64,000 nt of DNA from Bdellovibrionales bacterium (lineage in GTDB: Bacteria; Bdellovibrionota; Bdellovibrionia; Bdellovibrionales; UBA1609): contig OZ251471.1 in assembly GCA_965242635.1 (NCBI GenBank), positions 1,736,737 through 1,800,736 of the forward strand, in the 5' to 3' direction. The notes under the pieces are model-generated. The model made no database searches. It saw only the letters and a program-made list of their open reading frames with translations, and was not told the origin of the DNA. Positions within the stretch are counted from its first letter, which is position 1, and each line of letters starts with the position of its first letter. Positions 1-10,048 of this stretch are shown piece by piece. The translations under genes were made by a program, and so were the position numbers.

Positions 1-45
1 TTTAAAGTATGCTATGTAATATCGGAATATTTATGAACTTATCAA
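1..45 (+). mobile_element. Terminal ~45 bp (last transposase codons, stop and terminal inverted repeat) of a second IS630-family copy that runs off the left edge
   Basis: Bases 1-45 are the reverse complement of 14714-14758, the end of the complete IS at 14714-15879. Identity stops after ...cttatcaa and is followed by TA (46-47), the IS630/Tc1 target dinucleotide. Confidence 0.8.
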
Positions 46-426
46 TATAATAGTGGCTCGAAGATGGGTAGCAGTGTCCTCACTTCTTCTCGCCTTAACT
101 TTGGAAAAGCTATTGTGAGAGCAAAACATGCCTGTAAAAAAATGGAAGCATATTATATTGTAAAGCCATCAGAATGTAGACGATATGAAATCAACAAAGA
201 CACAGGACTATATGAAGAATTATACCAAGGCAAAGTTGTTGAGTAAAATCTCCTTGTAGTTAGTAACGGGGAGTGAAATATCTATCGAAGATAAAAGTGA
301 GGACTTTCCGGTAATCTGATACCGAAAAGTCCTCAAAAAGTAAATAAGAGCCTTAGCAGGTGTTGGTCAATCAATTAAACTGTGATATAGTGAGAATAAA
401 CCATTAACCTTTAAAGGAGGTATATT

Positions 427-681
427 ATGAAAGCTTTTATGATTATCTTAAGTCTGGTGTTCGTGTCTTGTGTGACAGCCCAGGATAGAAACCCAACCAG
501 TGATCAAGAGGCTTGTGTGTCCACTTGCACAGAAAACGGGCTGAGTTCACAGATATGCAACAATGTTTGCAAATCCTGTGCCGGTCCTGTTCGGTCTTGT
601 TTGTCTGATTATTGCAGAAAGACTTGTGAATCAGAAGGTTATAATGATAGTTACTGTGTCAATGTATGCGGGATGTTTTGA
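427..681 (+). CDS. Small secreted cysteine-rich protein (84 aa, signal peptide plus 14 Cys)
   Basis: Strong SD (aaaggagg) 7 nt before the ATG. N-terminal hydrophobic signal MKAFMIILSLVFVSCVTAQ. The mature part is rich in C-x3-C and C-x2-C spacings. No family recognised. Confidence 0.6.
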   Translation: MKAFMIILSLVFVSCVTAQDRNPTSDQEACVSTCTENGLSSQICNNVCKSCAGPVRSCLSDYCRKTCESEGYNDSYCVNVCGMF

Positions 682-720
682 GCTGGTGAATTTCCCGACC
701 GCATGCGGCCTGCCATTTTT

Positions 721-2199
721 TTATTCCATGTGGTAGTTGGGGGCTTCTTTGGTGATGCTGATGTCATGGATATGCGACTCGGCAAAGCTGTTGGCACTGA
801 TTCGGATAAAAGTGGCTTTTTTCCGTAAATCCTCTATGTTTTTTGCTCCCACATAACCCATGCCCGCTTTAAGACCGCCAGCCATTTGATACAGGATAGA
901 GCTGGCCGAACCTCTGTAAGGCACCCGGCCCTCCACCCCTTCCGGCACCATTTTATCGGAAAAAAAGACCCCTTCCTGCTGATAACGATCGCGTGAACCT
1001 TTTTTCATGGCCCCAAGGCTTCCCATGCCCCGGTAAGATTTGTAGGTCCGTCCCCGGTAAAGCACTATTTCTCCGGGACTTTCCTCCGCCCCGGCCAGCA
1101 TGTGGCCCACCATGACGGCACTGGCCCCCAAAGCCAAGGCCTTGCTCACATCCCCGGAATATTTCAAGCCCCCATCCGCCACAAGAGCTTTATTGGTTTT
1201 TTTAAGTGCCCGTGCACAGTCCAAAATAGCACTCACCTGAGGCACCCCCACACCAGACACCACCCTTGTTGTGCAAATACTTCCCGGCCCCATGCCCACC
1301 TTGACAATGTCCGCCCCCGCCTGGGCCAAAGCCAAAGCCCCTTCAGCTGTGGCCACATTGCCCGCCATGAGCAAAGTGTCCGGGTATTGCTTTTTTAAAA
1401 AAGTCACTTGCTCCATCACATTTTTGGAAAAGCCATGTGCGGTATCCACACAAAGCAAATCCACCTCCGCCTGCACAAGGCTTTCCGCCCTTTTTTGTTC
1501 TTCCTTTCCTATACCCACAGCCGACCCCACAAACAAACGGCCATGCCTGTCTTTGGTGGCCTGTGGAAAGGCGGTGGCTTTTTCAATATCCTTAATGGTG
1601 ATAAGCCCTTTTAAAGCCCCTTTGGAATCCATAACGGGAAGTTTTTCAATACGATGTTTGTGCAGGATCTCCTTGGCCTGCTCCAGGGTGGTGCCTTCAG
1701 GGGCGGTGATGAGTTTTTTCCCTGGAGTCATGATGTGGGAAATGGCCAGCTCCATACGGGTTTCAAAACGCAGATCCCTGTTGGTTAAAATACCCACCAA
1801 TTGATTGTCCTGAGTGATGGGCACACCGCTGATGGCATGTTTTTTCATCACCTCAAGGGCTTTATAGACGGGTGTGTCCGGAGAGAGGGTGATGGGGTCC
1901 AGAATCAGGCCACTTTCGTATTTTTTGACTTTTTTGACTTCGTGGCATTGGCTTTTGACACTCATGTTCTTGTGAATCACGCCAAAACCGCCGTTTTGTG
2001 CCATGACCCGTGCCATTTTGTGCTCCGTGACTGTGTCCATGGCGGAGGAAATAATGGGGATGTTCAGGATTAGGGCCTCTGTCAGGCGGGTTTGAGTGGA
2101 TATCTGATCAGGTGTGACCTGGGAATACCCTGGAGCTATCAAAATATCATCAAAAGTCAGGGCCGATCCTTGGGCCTGTTGAAAAAAGTCCTGCTTCAT
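721..2199 (-). CDS. guaB: IMP dehydrogenase
   Basis: [14 protein letters not shown]-terminus, a CBS pair, the catalytic loop [11 protein letters not shown] and GGLKYSGD. The ORF-track start at 2220 is TTG. The ATG at 2199 (MKQDFF...) matches canonical GuaB length. Confidence 0.95.
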   Translation of the reverse strand: MKQDFFQQAQGSALTFDDILIAPGYSQVTPDQISTQTRLTEALILNIPIISSAMDTVTEHKMARVMAQNGGFGVIHKNMSVKSQCHEVKKVKKYESGLILDPITLSPDTPVYKALEVMKKHAISGVPITQDNQLVGILTNRDLRFETRMELAISHIMTPGKKLITAPEGTTLEQAKEILHKHRIEKLPVMDSKGALKGLITIKDIEKATAFPQATKDRHGRLFVGSAVGIGKEEQKRAESLVQAEVDLLCVDTAHGFSKNVMEQVTFLKKQYPDTLLMAGNVATAEGALALAQAGADIVKVGMGPGSICTTRVVSGVGVPQVSAILDCARALKKTNKALVADGGLKYSGDVSKALALGASAVMVGHMLAGAEESPGEIVLYRGRTYKSYRGMGSLGAMKKGSRDRYQQEGVFFSDKMVPEGVEGRVPYRGSASSILYQMAGGLKAGMGYVGAKNIEDLRKKATFIRISANSFAESHIHDISITKEAPNYHME

Positions 2200-2213
2200 A
2201 GTCCCTGAAGACT

Positions 2214-2250
2214 GGCCCAAAAACCCCCCTAAGTCAAATAAAAATGATCT
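2214..2250. repeat. Single copy of the motif ggcccaaaaacccccc-aagtcaaa-aaaaat-ga, also repeated at 6792-6972
   Basis: Matches the start of each unit of the 6792-6972 tandem repeat with a few substitutions. It lies between the guaB start and the accessory genes. Confidence 0.7.
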
Positions 2251-2287
2251 ATGACACGGCCCACAAGACCAGGACGATCCGGAGCTG

Positions 2288-2743
2288 ATGAGACAATTTT
2301 TGAACTATCAGAGTGGGATATACCAGCAAACACGGGATCCGGTGATACCTGTATTTATCAATCAGAGTCCCAGAAAGGAATGGAAGGGCCCCAGGGATTT
2401 TCACGGATTTTTGGACAATTTTGATGGCCAGTTGAGGGCATGTTTTACAGACAATGTACTGAACTTTCGTCCGAGGAATCTGCATCTTCAGTCTTTGGAT
2501 GTGAAAAAGGAGGCAGGGAGCTTGACAGCTCGTCCGATTTTGTATATTATGAAGCATATATGGAATTTGGATGAGTCAAAGGTCAGAGAGTTATTTACGA
2601 TAAGTGAGGGTTTGAATGAGAAGGACAGGCAGTTTTTGCTGAAAAAGGCAGTAGCTTATATTCAAAAACCTGATCCGACTTTTAGCTGGAATTTGTTGAA
2701 GGATATAGAGGAGGAAATAATAGAAGATAAGGAGGTGGTATAA
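2288..2743 (+). pseudogene. C-terminal fragment of an Rpn/YhgA-like (transposase_31) PD-(D/E)XK nuclease gene
   Basis: ...PVIPVFINQSPRKEWKGPRDFHGFL...NFRPRNLHLQSLD resembles the central and C-terminal part of YhgA/Rpn proteins (PvIPlVlYhG..W..p.sl..l). The N-terminal catalytic half is absent and stops lie upstream in frame. Confidence 0.5.
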
Positions 2744-2745
2744 AA

Positions 2746-4536
2746 ATGACTGATAGCATTAGAATAAATTGCATCAGAATAGCTGGGTTTCGTGGTATTC
2801 AAAATATGGAAATGACATTATCCCGTGTAACTATTTTGACAGGGCCTAATAATTCCGGCAAAACCTCTGTCCTTAAAGCGTTGCAGTTGGCTTTGGGTAA
2901 TTACATACAATATTTGTCGGAAGAGGATTTTTTTATCGATCAACATGACAACCGCACAAAAGAAATTACCATAGATGTTAAATTTGTCCCTTTTGATAGT
3001 GATAAGCCGGTTAAAAATTTTAATGAGCAATGGACTTCTGCATGGGGTGATAAAATCAAGCCGGATATAAATGGCAATGCTTTTGTGGCTGTCAGAACCA
3101 AAGTTCGACCAGATGAAATAAAAGGTGGATTTGAATTATCAAGGTATATTATGCAAAAATGGCCCAAATTCGATATATGGCAAAAGGAAAAAATAAATGA
3201 AAAAGACAAGATGAAGTCCCGTATAACAGGTGTCGATTTTATTTCAGTGGAATCCAAAAGAGATATATACGATGAATTAAAAACCAAGAATTCTTTTGTG
3301 GGACGGGTGCTCTCTGATATCCAATATGACAAAACAGACATGGAGGAAATTGAAAAACAAATACAAAGTGTCAATCAAAAAGCAGTGCAAAAAAGCACAT
3401 CTTTGAAAGATTTTAAACAGAATCTTCAAAAACTGAACAAGGCTTTTCAAGGAAAAGGTGAGGTGGAAGTCAACCCTTTCCCGAAAAAAATAAGAGATCT
3501 GACTAAACACTTCTCCATTCACTTTGGAGATAAAAATGCAGGAATGTTTTCCATGGAATATCATGGTATGGGGACGCGCAGTTGGGCTTCCATGTTGACA
3601 GTGCAAGCTTTTATTGATTCAGCAATCAAAAAACATGAAAAAGAGCTTGAACCTTTTTTTCCTGTTTTTTCTGCTGAAGAACCAGAAGCCCACCTGCATC
3701 CCAATGCACAAAAAAGCTTATATCATCAACTTATAAACACTGAAGGACAAATAATCATAAGCACACATTCACCCTATTTTATTTCAGTCGCTGATATTTC
3801 CGGCATCCGATCATTGTGGAAAACCAAATTTAATGTCATAGCCAATGACATCTCAAAAAACCTCTCATCTTTGGAAGTGAAAAAAATAAAGCGTGAAATC
3901 ATGTCTCGCCGGGGAGATATATTATTTGCCCACTCCTGGATACTTTGTGAAGGCATAACAGAAGAACAGATTATCCCTGCTATGTTTGAATTATGGGAAG
4001 AGGAAGAGCAAACTCTATTTGATCTTGGTGTATCCTGTATTGGAATAGGTGGCCATGGACATTACGGGCCTTTTCTAAAATTGGCTCATAATACAGGTAT
4101 CTCTGCTTATATCATCAGTGATAATGACACAAAGAAAAATCAATCAACAAAAGAAAATGTCAAATCGCAGGTGGATAAGTTTAAAAAGGATACAGGGTCA
4201 GATTTTAAAAATATGTTCTTTTTGTCTGAAGGTCATGATTTTGAAGATGAACTTGTGGCACAAACCACTTTAAAAGATGAACTTGAAAAAACTTTATTAA
4301 AAATAACAACCAGTGATTCAACTAATGAACAGCATATAGGGGCTAAAAAACAAGAAGTCAAGAATTGGACTGGTGAGCAAATAATGCAGGAATTAGAGAG
4401 TGGAAGTAATAAAGCAACTTATGCCAGCTTTCTCTCTGATATAATTAGAGAAAACCCAAATAACAAAAAACCAGAAGCTCTGATTCCTCAAACAGTCCTG
4501 AATTGCTTTAATAAAATCAAAGAGGATATGAAATGA
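2746..4536 (+). CDS. gajA: OLD-family ATP-dependent endonuclease (ABC-type ATPase plus Toprim), GajA-like
   Basis: Walker A LTGPNNSGKTS, Walker B/D-loop FSAEEPEAHLHP, Toprim glutamate WILCEGITEEQ and DxD IISDND. SD aaggagg before the ATG. The stop overlaps the next gene's start (ATGA). Confidence 0.8.
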   Translation: MTDSIRINCIRIAGFRGIQNMEMTLSRVTILTGPNNSGKTSVLKALQLALGNYIQYLSEEDFFIDQHDNRTKEITIDVKFVPFDSDKPVKNFNEQWTSAWGDKIKPDINGNAFVAVRTKVRPDEIKGGFELSRYIMQKWPKFDIWQKEKINEKDKMKSRITGVDFISVESKRDIYDELKTKNSFVGRVLSDIQYDKTDMEEIEKQIQSVNQKAVQKSTSLKDFKQNLQKLNKAFQGKGEVEVNPFPKKIRDLTKHFSIHFGDKNAGMFSMEYHGMGTRSWASMLTVQAFIDSAIKKHEKELEPFFPVFSAEEPEAHLHPNAQKSLYHQLINTEGQIIISTHSPYFISVADISGIRSLWKTKFNVIANDISKNLSSLEVKKIKREIMSRRGDILFAHSWILCEGITEEQIIPAMFELWEEEEQTLFDLGVSCIGIGGHGHYGPFLKLAHNTGISAYIISDNDTKKNQSTKENVKSQVDKFKKDTGSDFKNMFFLSEGHDFEDELVAQTTLKDELEKTLLKITTSDSTNEQHIGAKKQEVKNWTGEQIMQELESGSNKATYASFLSDIIRENPNNKKPEALIPQTVLNCFNKIKEDMK

Positions 4537-6518
4537 TTAATCTATCGAAAGAACAAAGAAAAATTGTGGAACAAGACTTAAATAAATCCATTCAGGTTCT
4601 GGCTTCTGCCGGCACCGGGAAGACTCGTGTTTTAACTGAAAGGGTCCGGTATATCCTGAATCATACCAAAAAATCAGGAATTATAGCTCTAACTTTTACC
4701 AATAAATCAGCAGAAGAGATGAAAAAGCGACTGGAAACATCAGATTCAGCAGTGGATCGTTGCTGGATAGCCACCATTCACTCTGTAGCCCAGAGGATTG
4801 TGGAACAGTATGGGCATACTATTGGCCTCCCTTCCGATTTGAATATATATGATCGGGATCAGGATCGAAAAACTATTCTTTTACAATCAATTGCTAACAA
4901 TGGCTTTTCTGTGGAAAATTTAATGCAAAATAACAGTAGCTTTGATAACAAAAAAAACAGAACCCAAACAATACAAAAGTATATGGAGCAATTTTCCCAA
5001 ATAAAAAGGAATTTAATGACACATACAGAAATTAAAAAAAAATATGGAGATGGTTTTTTGCATATTTTTAAAAATTATCATGAAGAGTTAAAAAACAGTG
5101 GAGGTATTGATTTTGATGATATCTTAGTATATGCTCATAGAATCCTAATAGAGCAACCTAACTGTGCAAGAATATATGGCATAAAATACCGGTATATTTT
5201 TGTAGATGAAGCCCAAGATTTAAATAAAGCACAATATGAGCTGATTAAAGCTTTCAGTGGCTATAAAATTCAAATTGCGATGATGGCAGGAGATCCAGAT
5301 CAAATGATCTACGGCTTTAACGGTTCTTCAAAAAAGTATTTATGCCAAACTTTTATCCAAGATTTTGATCCTCTTACATTTAAGTTGAAAAAAAATTATA
5401 GAAGCTCAAAAACAGTTGTTCGCCTGGCTAATAGGTTAAAACCTGCTTCTCAATTGGAATCTGATTTTGCTCTTGATGGCAAGTATAAGATTCAAGATTT
5501 CGATAATGAAAGGTTAGAAGCAGAGTGGATTGTAAAAGAAATCAAATCCATTTTATTAAATACCAAGCATTCTGATATTGAAGGCCCTGTTTCATTAAAT
5601 AATATCGTGGTTATAGCACGTACTCGCTTTGTATTCCAGGAATTGGAAAAGGTATTAAAGAAAGCTAAAATAAATTATTCTTTTAAAAAATCCAAACCTT
5701 TATTGGAACCTGCATCTCATATTGGTAAAATTCTGGATTTATCTATTCGTCTTAAACTTAATCCAAGAGACTGGATAAGTGGTAAAAAATTATATGAGTT
5801 GTTGAAGATAAATTTCCCAGATATATGGCCCAATGAATCTGGTTTGGTTATCTTAATTAAGCACCTTGGTGCAACCTCTATTCCATTTGTAGATTTGATA
5901 AAAACCACTTTAAAAAGCATAGAAAGTCTTGATGTTGAAAACCCAAATATGTTAAAATTATTTAACAAGATAAATGACAATATCCAAAAAGAAGTCAATC
6001 TACTGAAAAATAATCATTTTGCAACAAAAAGTACAACAGGAAAAAAATGTGAATCATTATTACAAGAATTGGAAAATTTTAAAAAAGAGTTGGATGAGTT
6101 TAAAAAATACTGGAGGCTTTTCAGGCTAAAAAATTCAGAAGCTTCTTTGATGGCCTTTAAAAATTCTCTGGCTTTGGGAGAGCTTATTTCAATAGACCCA
6201 GTATCCATAAATGAACCAGTGTTAACATTAAGCACAGTGCATACCATGAAAGGATTGGAAAAGGACATTGTGTTTTTAATGGGTATGTGTGAAGGAGTTT
6301 TTCCTGACTATAGAGCCAGAAGTCCACATGAAAAAGAAGAGGAAAAAAATAATGCTTTTGTGGCTGTAACCCGTAGCAGGCGATGGATTTATATCACTTA
6401 TCCCAAAAATCGTAAAATGCCTTGGGGGGATATAAAACAGCAACAAGAATCCCGGTTTGTAACTGCCATGAGAAATAGCACCTCATTGAATAATATAGAA
6501 TTTAGAAAATCTGTTTAA
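4533..6518 (+). CDS. gajB: UvrD/PcrA-like superfamily-1 helicase, GajB-like
   Basis: SF1 motifs ASAGTGKTRVL (I), IFVDEAQDLN (II), GDPDQMIYGFNGS (III), NYRSS (IV), TVHTMKGLEKDIVFL (V) and FVAVTRSRRWIYITY (VI). Translationally coupled to the OLD nuclease. Confidence 0.8.
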   Translation: MINLSKEQRKIVEQDLNKSIQVLASAGTGKTRVLTERVRYILNHTKKSGIIALTFTNKSAEEMKKRLETSDSAVDRCWIATIHSVAQRIVEQYGHTIGLPSDLNIYDRDQDRKTILLQSIANNGFSVENLMQNNSSFDNKKNRTQTIQKYMEQFSQIKRNLMTHTEIKKKYGDGFLHIFKNYHEELKNSGGIDFDDILVYAHRILIEQPNCARIYGIKYRYIFVDEAQDLNKAQYELIKAFSGYKIQIAMMAGDPDQMIYGFNGSSKKYLCQTFIQDFDPLTFKLKKNYRSSKTVVRLANRLKPASQLESDFALDGKYKIQDFDNERLEAEWIVKEIKSILLNTKHSDIEGPVSLNNIVVIARTRFVFQELEKVLKKAKINYSFKKSKPLLEPASHIGKILDLSIRLKLNPRDWISGKKLYELLKINFPDIWPNESGLVILIKHLGATSIPFVDLIKTTLKSIESLDVENPNMLKLFNKINDNIQKEVNLLKNNHFATKSTTGKKCESLLQELENFKKELDEFKKYWRLFRLKNSEASLMAFKNSLALGELISIDPVSINEPVLTLSTVHTMKGLEKDIVFLMGMCEGVFPDYRARSPHEKEEEKNNAFVAVTRSRRWIYITYPKNRKMPWGDIKQQQESRFVTAMRNSTSLNNIEFRKSV

Positions 6519-6598
6519 TTTTTCTCTTATAAAATAAGACAGACAAAAAAGGACCGATCCAAGCACTCAAAGTGGCATCAGCACAATCAAATTAAAGC

Positions 6599-6629
6599 TT
6601 GACAAAATAGATAGGGGCAATGATATAAT
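6599..6629 (+). promoter_or_regulatory. Putative sigma70 promoter (TTGACA, 19 nt, TGaTATAAT extended -10)
   Basis: ttgacaaaatagataggggcaatgatataat. Perfect -35 and -10 hexamers with a TG extension, but the spacer is long (19 nt). The next plus-strand gene (rpsL) is about 430 nt downstream. Confidence 0.4.
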
Positions 6630-6664
6630 TTTTTGGAGAAAACAACAGACACGGGCTCTTTTTT

Positions 6665-6728
6665 GCACTGTGCCATCACTTTGGCCCGGATTTTGCGGGG
6701 GAGGGTAGACAGAGGCAGGATTTTCTCA
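6665..6728 (+). repeat. ~65-nt motif gcactgtgccatcactttggcccggattttgc-ggggg...aggcagga, shared with 40314-40378
   Basis: The first ~33 nt are identical in both copies and the following part is similar. The second copy lies directly 5' of the Rpn-family gene. Confidence 0.7.
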
Positions 6729-6791
6729 AGAAGAGATCAAAAAGCTGAAAAGAAAAATGGTTCCTTCTAAAAAACACAAAAGCGAAAAAAC

Positions 6792-6972
6792 GGCCCAAAA
6801 ACCCCCCCCAAGTCAAACAAAAATAGAGCCTTCCACACCTCCATCGGGGAAAAAATCTGCCAAAAGGGCTTGACCAGGGCCCAAAAACCCCCCCAAGTCA
6901 AACAAAAATAGAGCCTTCCACACCTCCATCAGGGAAAAATTTGTCGGAAGGGCTTGACCAGGCCCTAAAACC
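6792..6972. repeat. Tandem direct repeat, ~86-bp unit, about 2.2 copies
   Basis: ggcccaaaaaccccccc(c)aagtcaaacaaaaatagagccttccacacctccatc.gggaaaaa..tg....gggcttgaccag occurs twice, then a third partial start (ggccctaaaacc). Confidence 0.85.
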
Positions 6973-7062
6973 TGTGTAAAAAGCAAGGCACGGAAAAACA
7001 ACAGGGCCAGGGGCCAAGAAAACAACCACAAAAAAACAGCCTGCAAAGGCAGGAAATACATT

Positions 7063-7446
7063 ATGCCCACTTTAAATCAGCTTATTCGGGACAACAGAAG
7101 AGTCCAGAGGACCCGGACCAAGTCGCCGGCTCTCACATCCTGCCCACAGCGCAGGGGGGTCTGCACCCGTGTCTTCACCCGCTCACCCAAAAAACCCAAT
7201 TCCGCCATCCGCAAGGTGGCCCGTGTGCGTCTGAGCAACGGCTTTGAAGTCAATTCCTATATCCCCGGAGAGGGGCATAATTTGCAGGAGCACTCCGTTG
7301 TTTTGGTGCGAGGGGGCCGTGTGCAGGACTTGCCGGGGGTGAAATACCACATTGTCCGGGGCCACCTGGACACACAGGGGGTAAAAGACCGAAAAAGAGC
7401 TCGCTCCCGATACGGTGCCAAAAAAGCAAAAAAAGCCAATAAATAA
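7063..7446 (+). CDS. rpsL: 30S ribosomal protein S12
   Basis: MPTLNQLIR...[16 protein letters not shown]...[22 protein letters not shown] is canonical S12. Confidence 0.97.
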   Translation: MPTLNQLIRDNRRVQRTRTKSPALTSCPQRRGVCTRVFTRSPKKPNSAIRKVARVRLSNGFEVNSYIPGEGHNLQEHSVVLVRGGRVQDLPGVKYHIVRGHLDTQGVKDRKRARSRYGAKKAKKANK

Positions 7447-7456
7447 GGAGAAAACC

Positions 7457-7933
7457 ATGTCCCGCCGAAGTCGCAAAATTCACAGACAGGAAATAAAAGC
7501 AGACCCCGTGTATGCCGACACCCTGGTCTCATGCTTTATCAACAAAATGATGTGGGATGGCAAAAAAGAGCTGGCCCGAAACATTGTCTACAAGGCTTTA
7601 AAAAACTTAAGCAAAAAATACCCCAAGGAAAGTGCGGTTTCCATATTCAAAAAAGCGGTGGATAACTGTAAACCCAGCATGGAGGTGCGTTCCCGCCGGG
7701 TGGGGGGTTCCACCTATCAGGTGCCTGTGGATGTGCGTGCCCGCCGACAATCCACTTTGGCCATTCGCTGGCTTATTGTCCACTCCCGTGCACGAAAAGA
7801 AAAAACCATGGCGGAGAGGCTTTCGGCAGAGCTGATGGAGGCCTATAACAACAAAGGGGCTTCCATCAGGAAAAAAGAGGATGTGCACCGTATGGCAGAG
7901 TCCAACCGGGCCTTCTCTCACTATAACTGGTGA
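7457..7933 (+). CDS. rpsG: 30S ribosomal protein S7
   Basis: MSRRSRKIHRQEIKADPVY...GSTYQVPVDV...AFSHYNW. SD aaggag before the ATG at 7457. The track start at 7415 overlaps rpsL and was rejected. Confidence 0.95.
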   Translation: MSRRSRKIHRQEIKADPVYADTLVSCFINKMMWDGKKELARNIVYKALKNLSKKYPKESAVSIFKKAVDNCKPSMEVRSRRVGGSTYQVPVDVRARRQSTLAIRWLIVHSRARKEKTMAERLSAELMEAYNNKGASIRKKEDVHRMAESNRAFSHYNW

Positions 7934-7953
7934 TAAACCAAGAGGCTTAAGCC

Positions 7954-10035
7954 TTGCCCACATTAAATATCCAAAACATCGACGACCTTCAGCACACCCG
8001 CAACATTGGGATTATCGCCCATATTGATGCTGGCAAGACCACCCTGACAGAGCGGATTCTCTTTTACACAGGCCGTAGCCATAAAATGGGCGAAGTGCAT
8101 GAGGGCAACACCATCATGGACTGGATGGAGGAAGAGCAAAAAAGAGGCATCACCATCACCTCTGCCAGCACCACCTGTTTTTGGCAAAACCACCGAATCA
8201 ACATTATAGATACTCCGGGCCATGTGGATTTCACTGTGGAGGTGGAACGTTCCCTAAGGGTTTTGGATGGGGCTGTTGTGGTGTTTGATGGGGTGAGCGG
8301 GGTGGAACCACAAAGTGAAACCGTCTGGAGACAGGCGGACAAACACCATGTGCCCCGCATAGGCTTTATCAACAAAATGGACCGTGCAGGGGCGGATTTT
8401 TTCATGAGTGCCCGGTCCATCAAAGAAAAACTTAACGCCTCCCCCTTATGCCTTCAGTTGCCCCTGGGGACAGAAGAGCACTTTCAGGGGGTGATCGATC
8501 TGATTGAAGAAAAGGCCCTGATATGGGACAGGGACACAAAGGGTGAAAAATACACTGTCCGGCCCCTGCCGGAAGAGTATAGGGATCAGGCCCAAAAAAT
8601 GCGGGAGAAGATTCTGGAGCAATCGGCTAATGCGGACGACAATATTATGCGTAAATACCTGAACGAAGAACCCATATCCCCTCTGGAAATAAAACAGGCC
8701 TTGAGAAAAGCCACCCTGGGACTTCAAATCGTCCCTCTGTTTTGTGGCTCTGCCTTTAAAAACAAAGGGGTTCAGCCTTTGCTCTCTGCTGTGCTGGATT
8801 ACCTGCCAGGGCCTTTGGATCTGCCGCCCGTCAAGGCAGAAGGCCTGAAAAAAGGAAGACAGGTGCTCCTTCCCACCGGGTTTGATCGCCCTGTCTCCGC
8901 CCTGGCCTTTAAGCTTATGGAAGACCCCTTTGCCGGGCACCTGACTTATATTCGTGTCTATTCCGGTGTGTTGAAAACCGGTGCTCAGGTGTTAAACAGC
9001 AGAATAAACAAAAAAGAAAGGATCCAAAAACTGCTGAAAATCCACTCCAAACAGAGAGAGGAAAGTGCTGTCTTAAAGGCAGGGGACATAGGGGCGATTC
9101 TGGGGCTTAAATGGACCGCCACAGGGGACACCCTCTGCTCTCCCACACACCCCGTGGCCCTGGAACCCATTGCCTTTCCTGAGCCGGTGATCTCCAAAGT
9201 GGTGGAGGCCCGCTCCTCCGTGGACCAGAAAAAAATGATGAGTGCTCTGAAGATTTTGCAAAAAGAGGACCCGTCCTGCTCTGTGTCTGTGAGTCAGGAG
9301 ACAGGGCAGACCCTTCTTATGGGCATGGGGGAGCTTCACTTGGAGGTGTTGCTTCAAAGGCTTGTTCAGGACCACAAAGTCAAGGTGAACACCGGCCCCC
9401 CACAGGTGTCCTACAGGGAAACTGTCACAACAGCAGGGGAGGGAAAGGCTGTTTTCCACCTGGAAAACAGTGGGGAAAAACAATTTGCGGAGTTGAGTTT
9501 GAAAGTGGAACCACAAGGGGCTTTAAGCAAGTTGGTGTTTGAAAATAAAGTGGCACCAGCTTTAAAGACGGAGTTTTTGATGGCCATCCAACAGGCGATC
9601 CAGGATTCTGCGGGTGTGGGGGCCCTTATGGGCTGGCCTCTTCTTGGGGTCAGGGTGATTTTACTGAAAGCAGGGTATCGGGGCGAAAATGAAGAGGGGA
9701 TAAAATCGGCTTTTAAGGCTGTTTCGGCCAAGGCTTTTCGAAAGGCTCTGAGCACAGCAAAAAGCCGGCTTTTGGAGCCGGTATTTGATATGGAGATTCT
9801 GACACCGGAGGAGTTTATGGGGGATGTGATAAGTGACCTGAACACCCGCCGGGCCAAAGTGGAAGGGGTGCATTTGCAAAAGAACCTTCAGGTGATAAAG
9901 GCACAGGTTCCTCTGGCCAGCCTCTTTGGCTATGCCACAGAGCTTCGCTCTGTCAGCCAGGGCAGGGCCTCCTTTTCCATGCAGATGCGGGAATACCAAA
10001 AAGTGCCGGAGAAGATAGCTCAAAAACTACAATAA
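7954..10035 (+). CDS. fusA: Elongation factor G
   Basis: [17 protein letters not shown] and NKMD GTPase motifs plus EF-G domains III-V. Apparent TTG start with no upstream in-frame ATG. Confidence 0.9.
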   Translation: MPTLNIQNIDDLQHTRNIGIIAHIDAGKTTLTERILFYTGRSHKMGEVHEGNTIMDWMEEEQKRGITITSASTTCFWQNHRINIIDTPGHVDFTVEVERSLRVLDGAVVVFDGVSGVEPQSETVWRQADKHHVPRIGFINKMDRAGADFFMSARSIKEKLNASPLCLQLPLGTEEHFQGVIDLIEEKALIWDRDTKGEKYTVRPLPEEYRDQAQKMREKILEQSANADDNIMRKYLNEEPISPLEIKQALRKATLGLQIVPLFCGSAFKNKGVQPLLSAVLDYLPGPLDLPPVKAEGLKKGRQVLLPTGFDRPVSALAFKLMEDPFAGHLTYIRVYSGVLKTGAQVLNSRINKKERIQKLLKIHSKQREESAVLKAGDIGAILGLKWTATGDTLCSPTHPVALEPIAFPEPVISKVVEARSSVDQKKMMSALKILQKEDPSCSVSVSQETGQTLLMGMGELHLEVLLQRLVQDHKVKVNTGPPQVSYRETVTTAGEGKAVFHLENSGEKQFAELSLKVEPQGALSKLVFENKVAPALKTEFLMAIQQAIQDSAGVGALMGWPLLGVRVILLKAGYRGENEEGIKSAFKAVSAKAFRKALSTAKSRLLEPVFDMEILTPEEFMGDVISDLNTRRAKVEGVHLQKNLQVIKAQVPLASLFGYATELRSVSQGRASFSMQMREYQKVPEKIAQKLQ

Positions 10036-10048
10036 GGGCTAAAAAATT

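Noticed and set aside
64-246. 60-aa ORF next to the IS end
   Set aside because: No convincing SD, no recognisable family, and short. It cannot be supported as a gene from sequence alone, though it is not excluded.
1102-2073. Several 68-177-aa plus-strand ORFs (1102-1398, 1271-1804, 1408-1614, 1801-2073) inside guaB
   Set aside because: They are antisense to a clearly conserved IMPDH gene, have no SD and show low-complexity translations. The many other track ORFs embedded antisense in fusA, nuoCD, icd, the S8 protease, rny, top6B, proS and other genes were rejected for the same reason.
6813-7070. 85-aa minus-strand ORF upstream of rpsL
   Set aside because: It lies entirely within the 86-bp tandem repeat. 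Its internally repeated peptide is a by-product of the DNA repeat.
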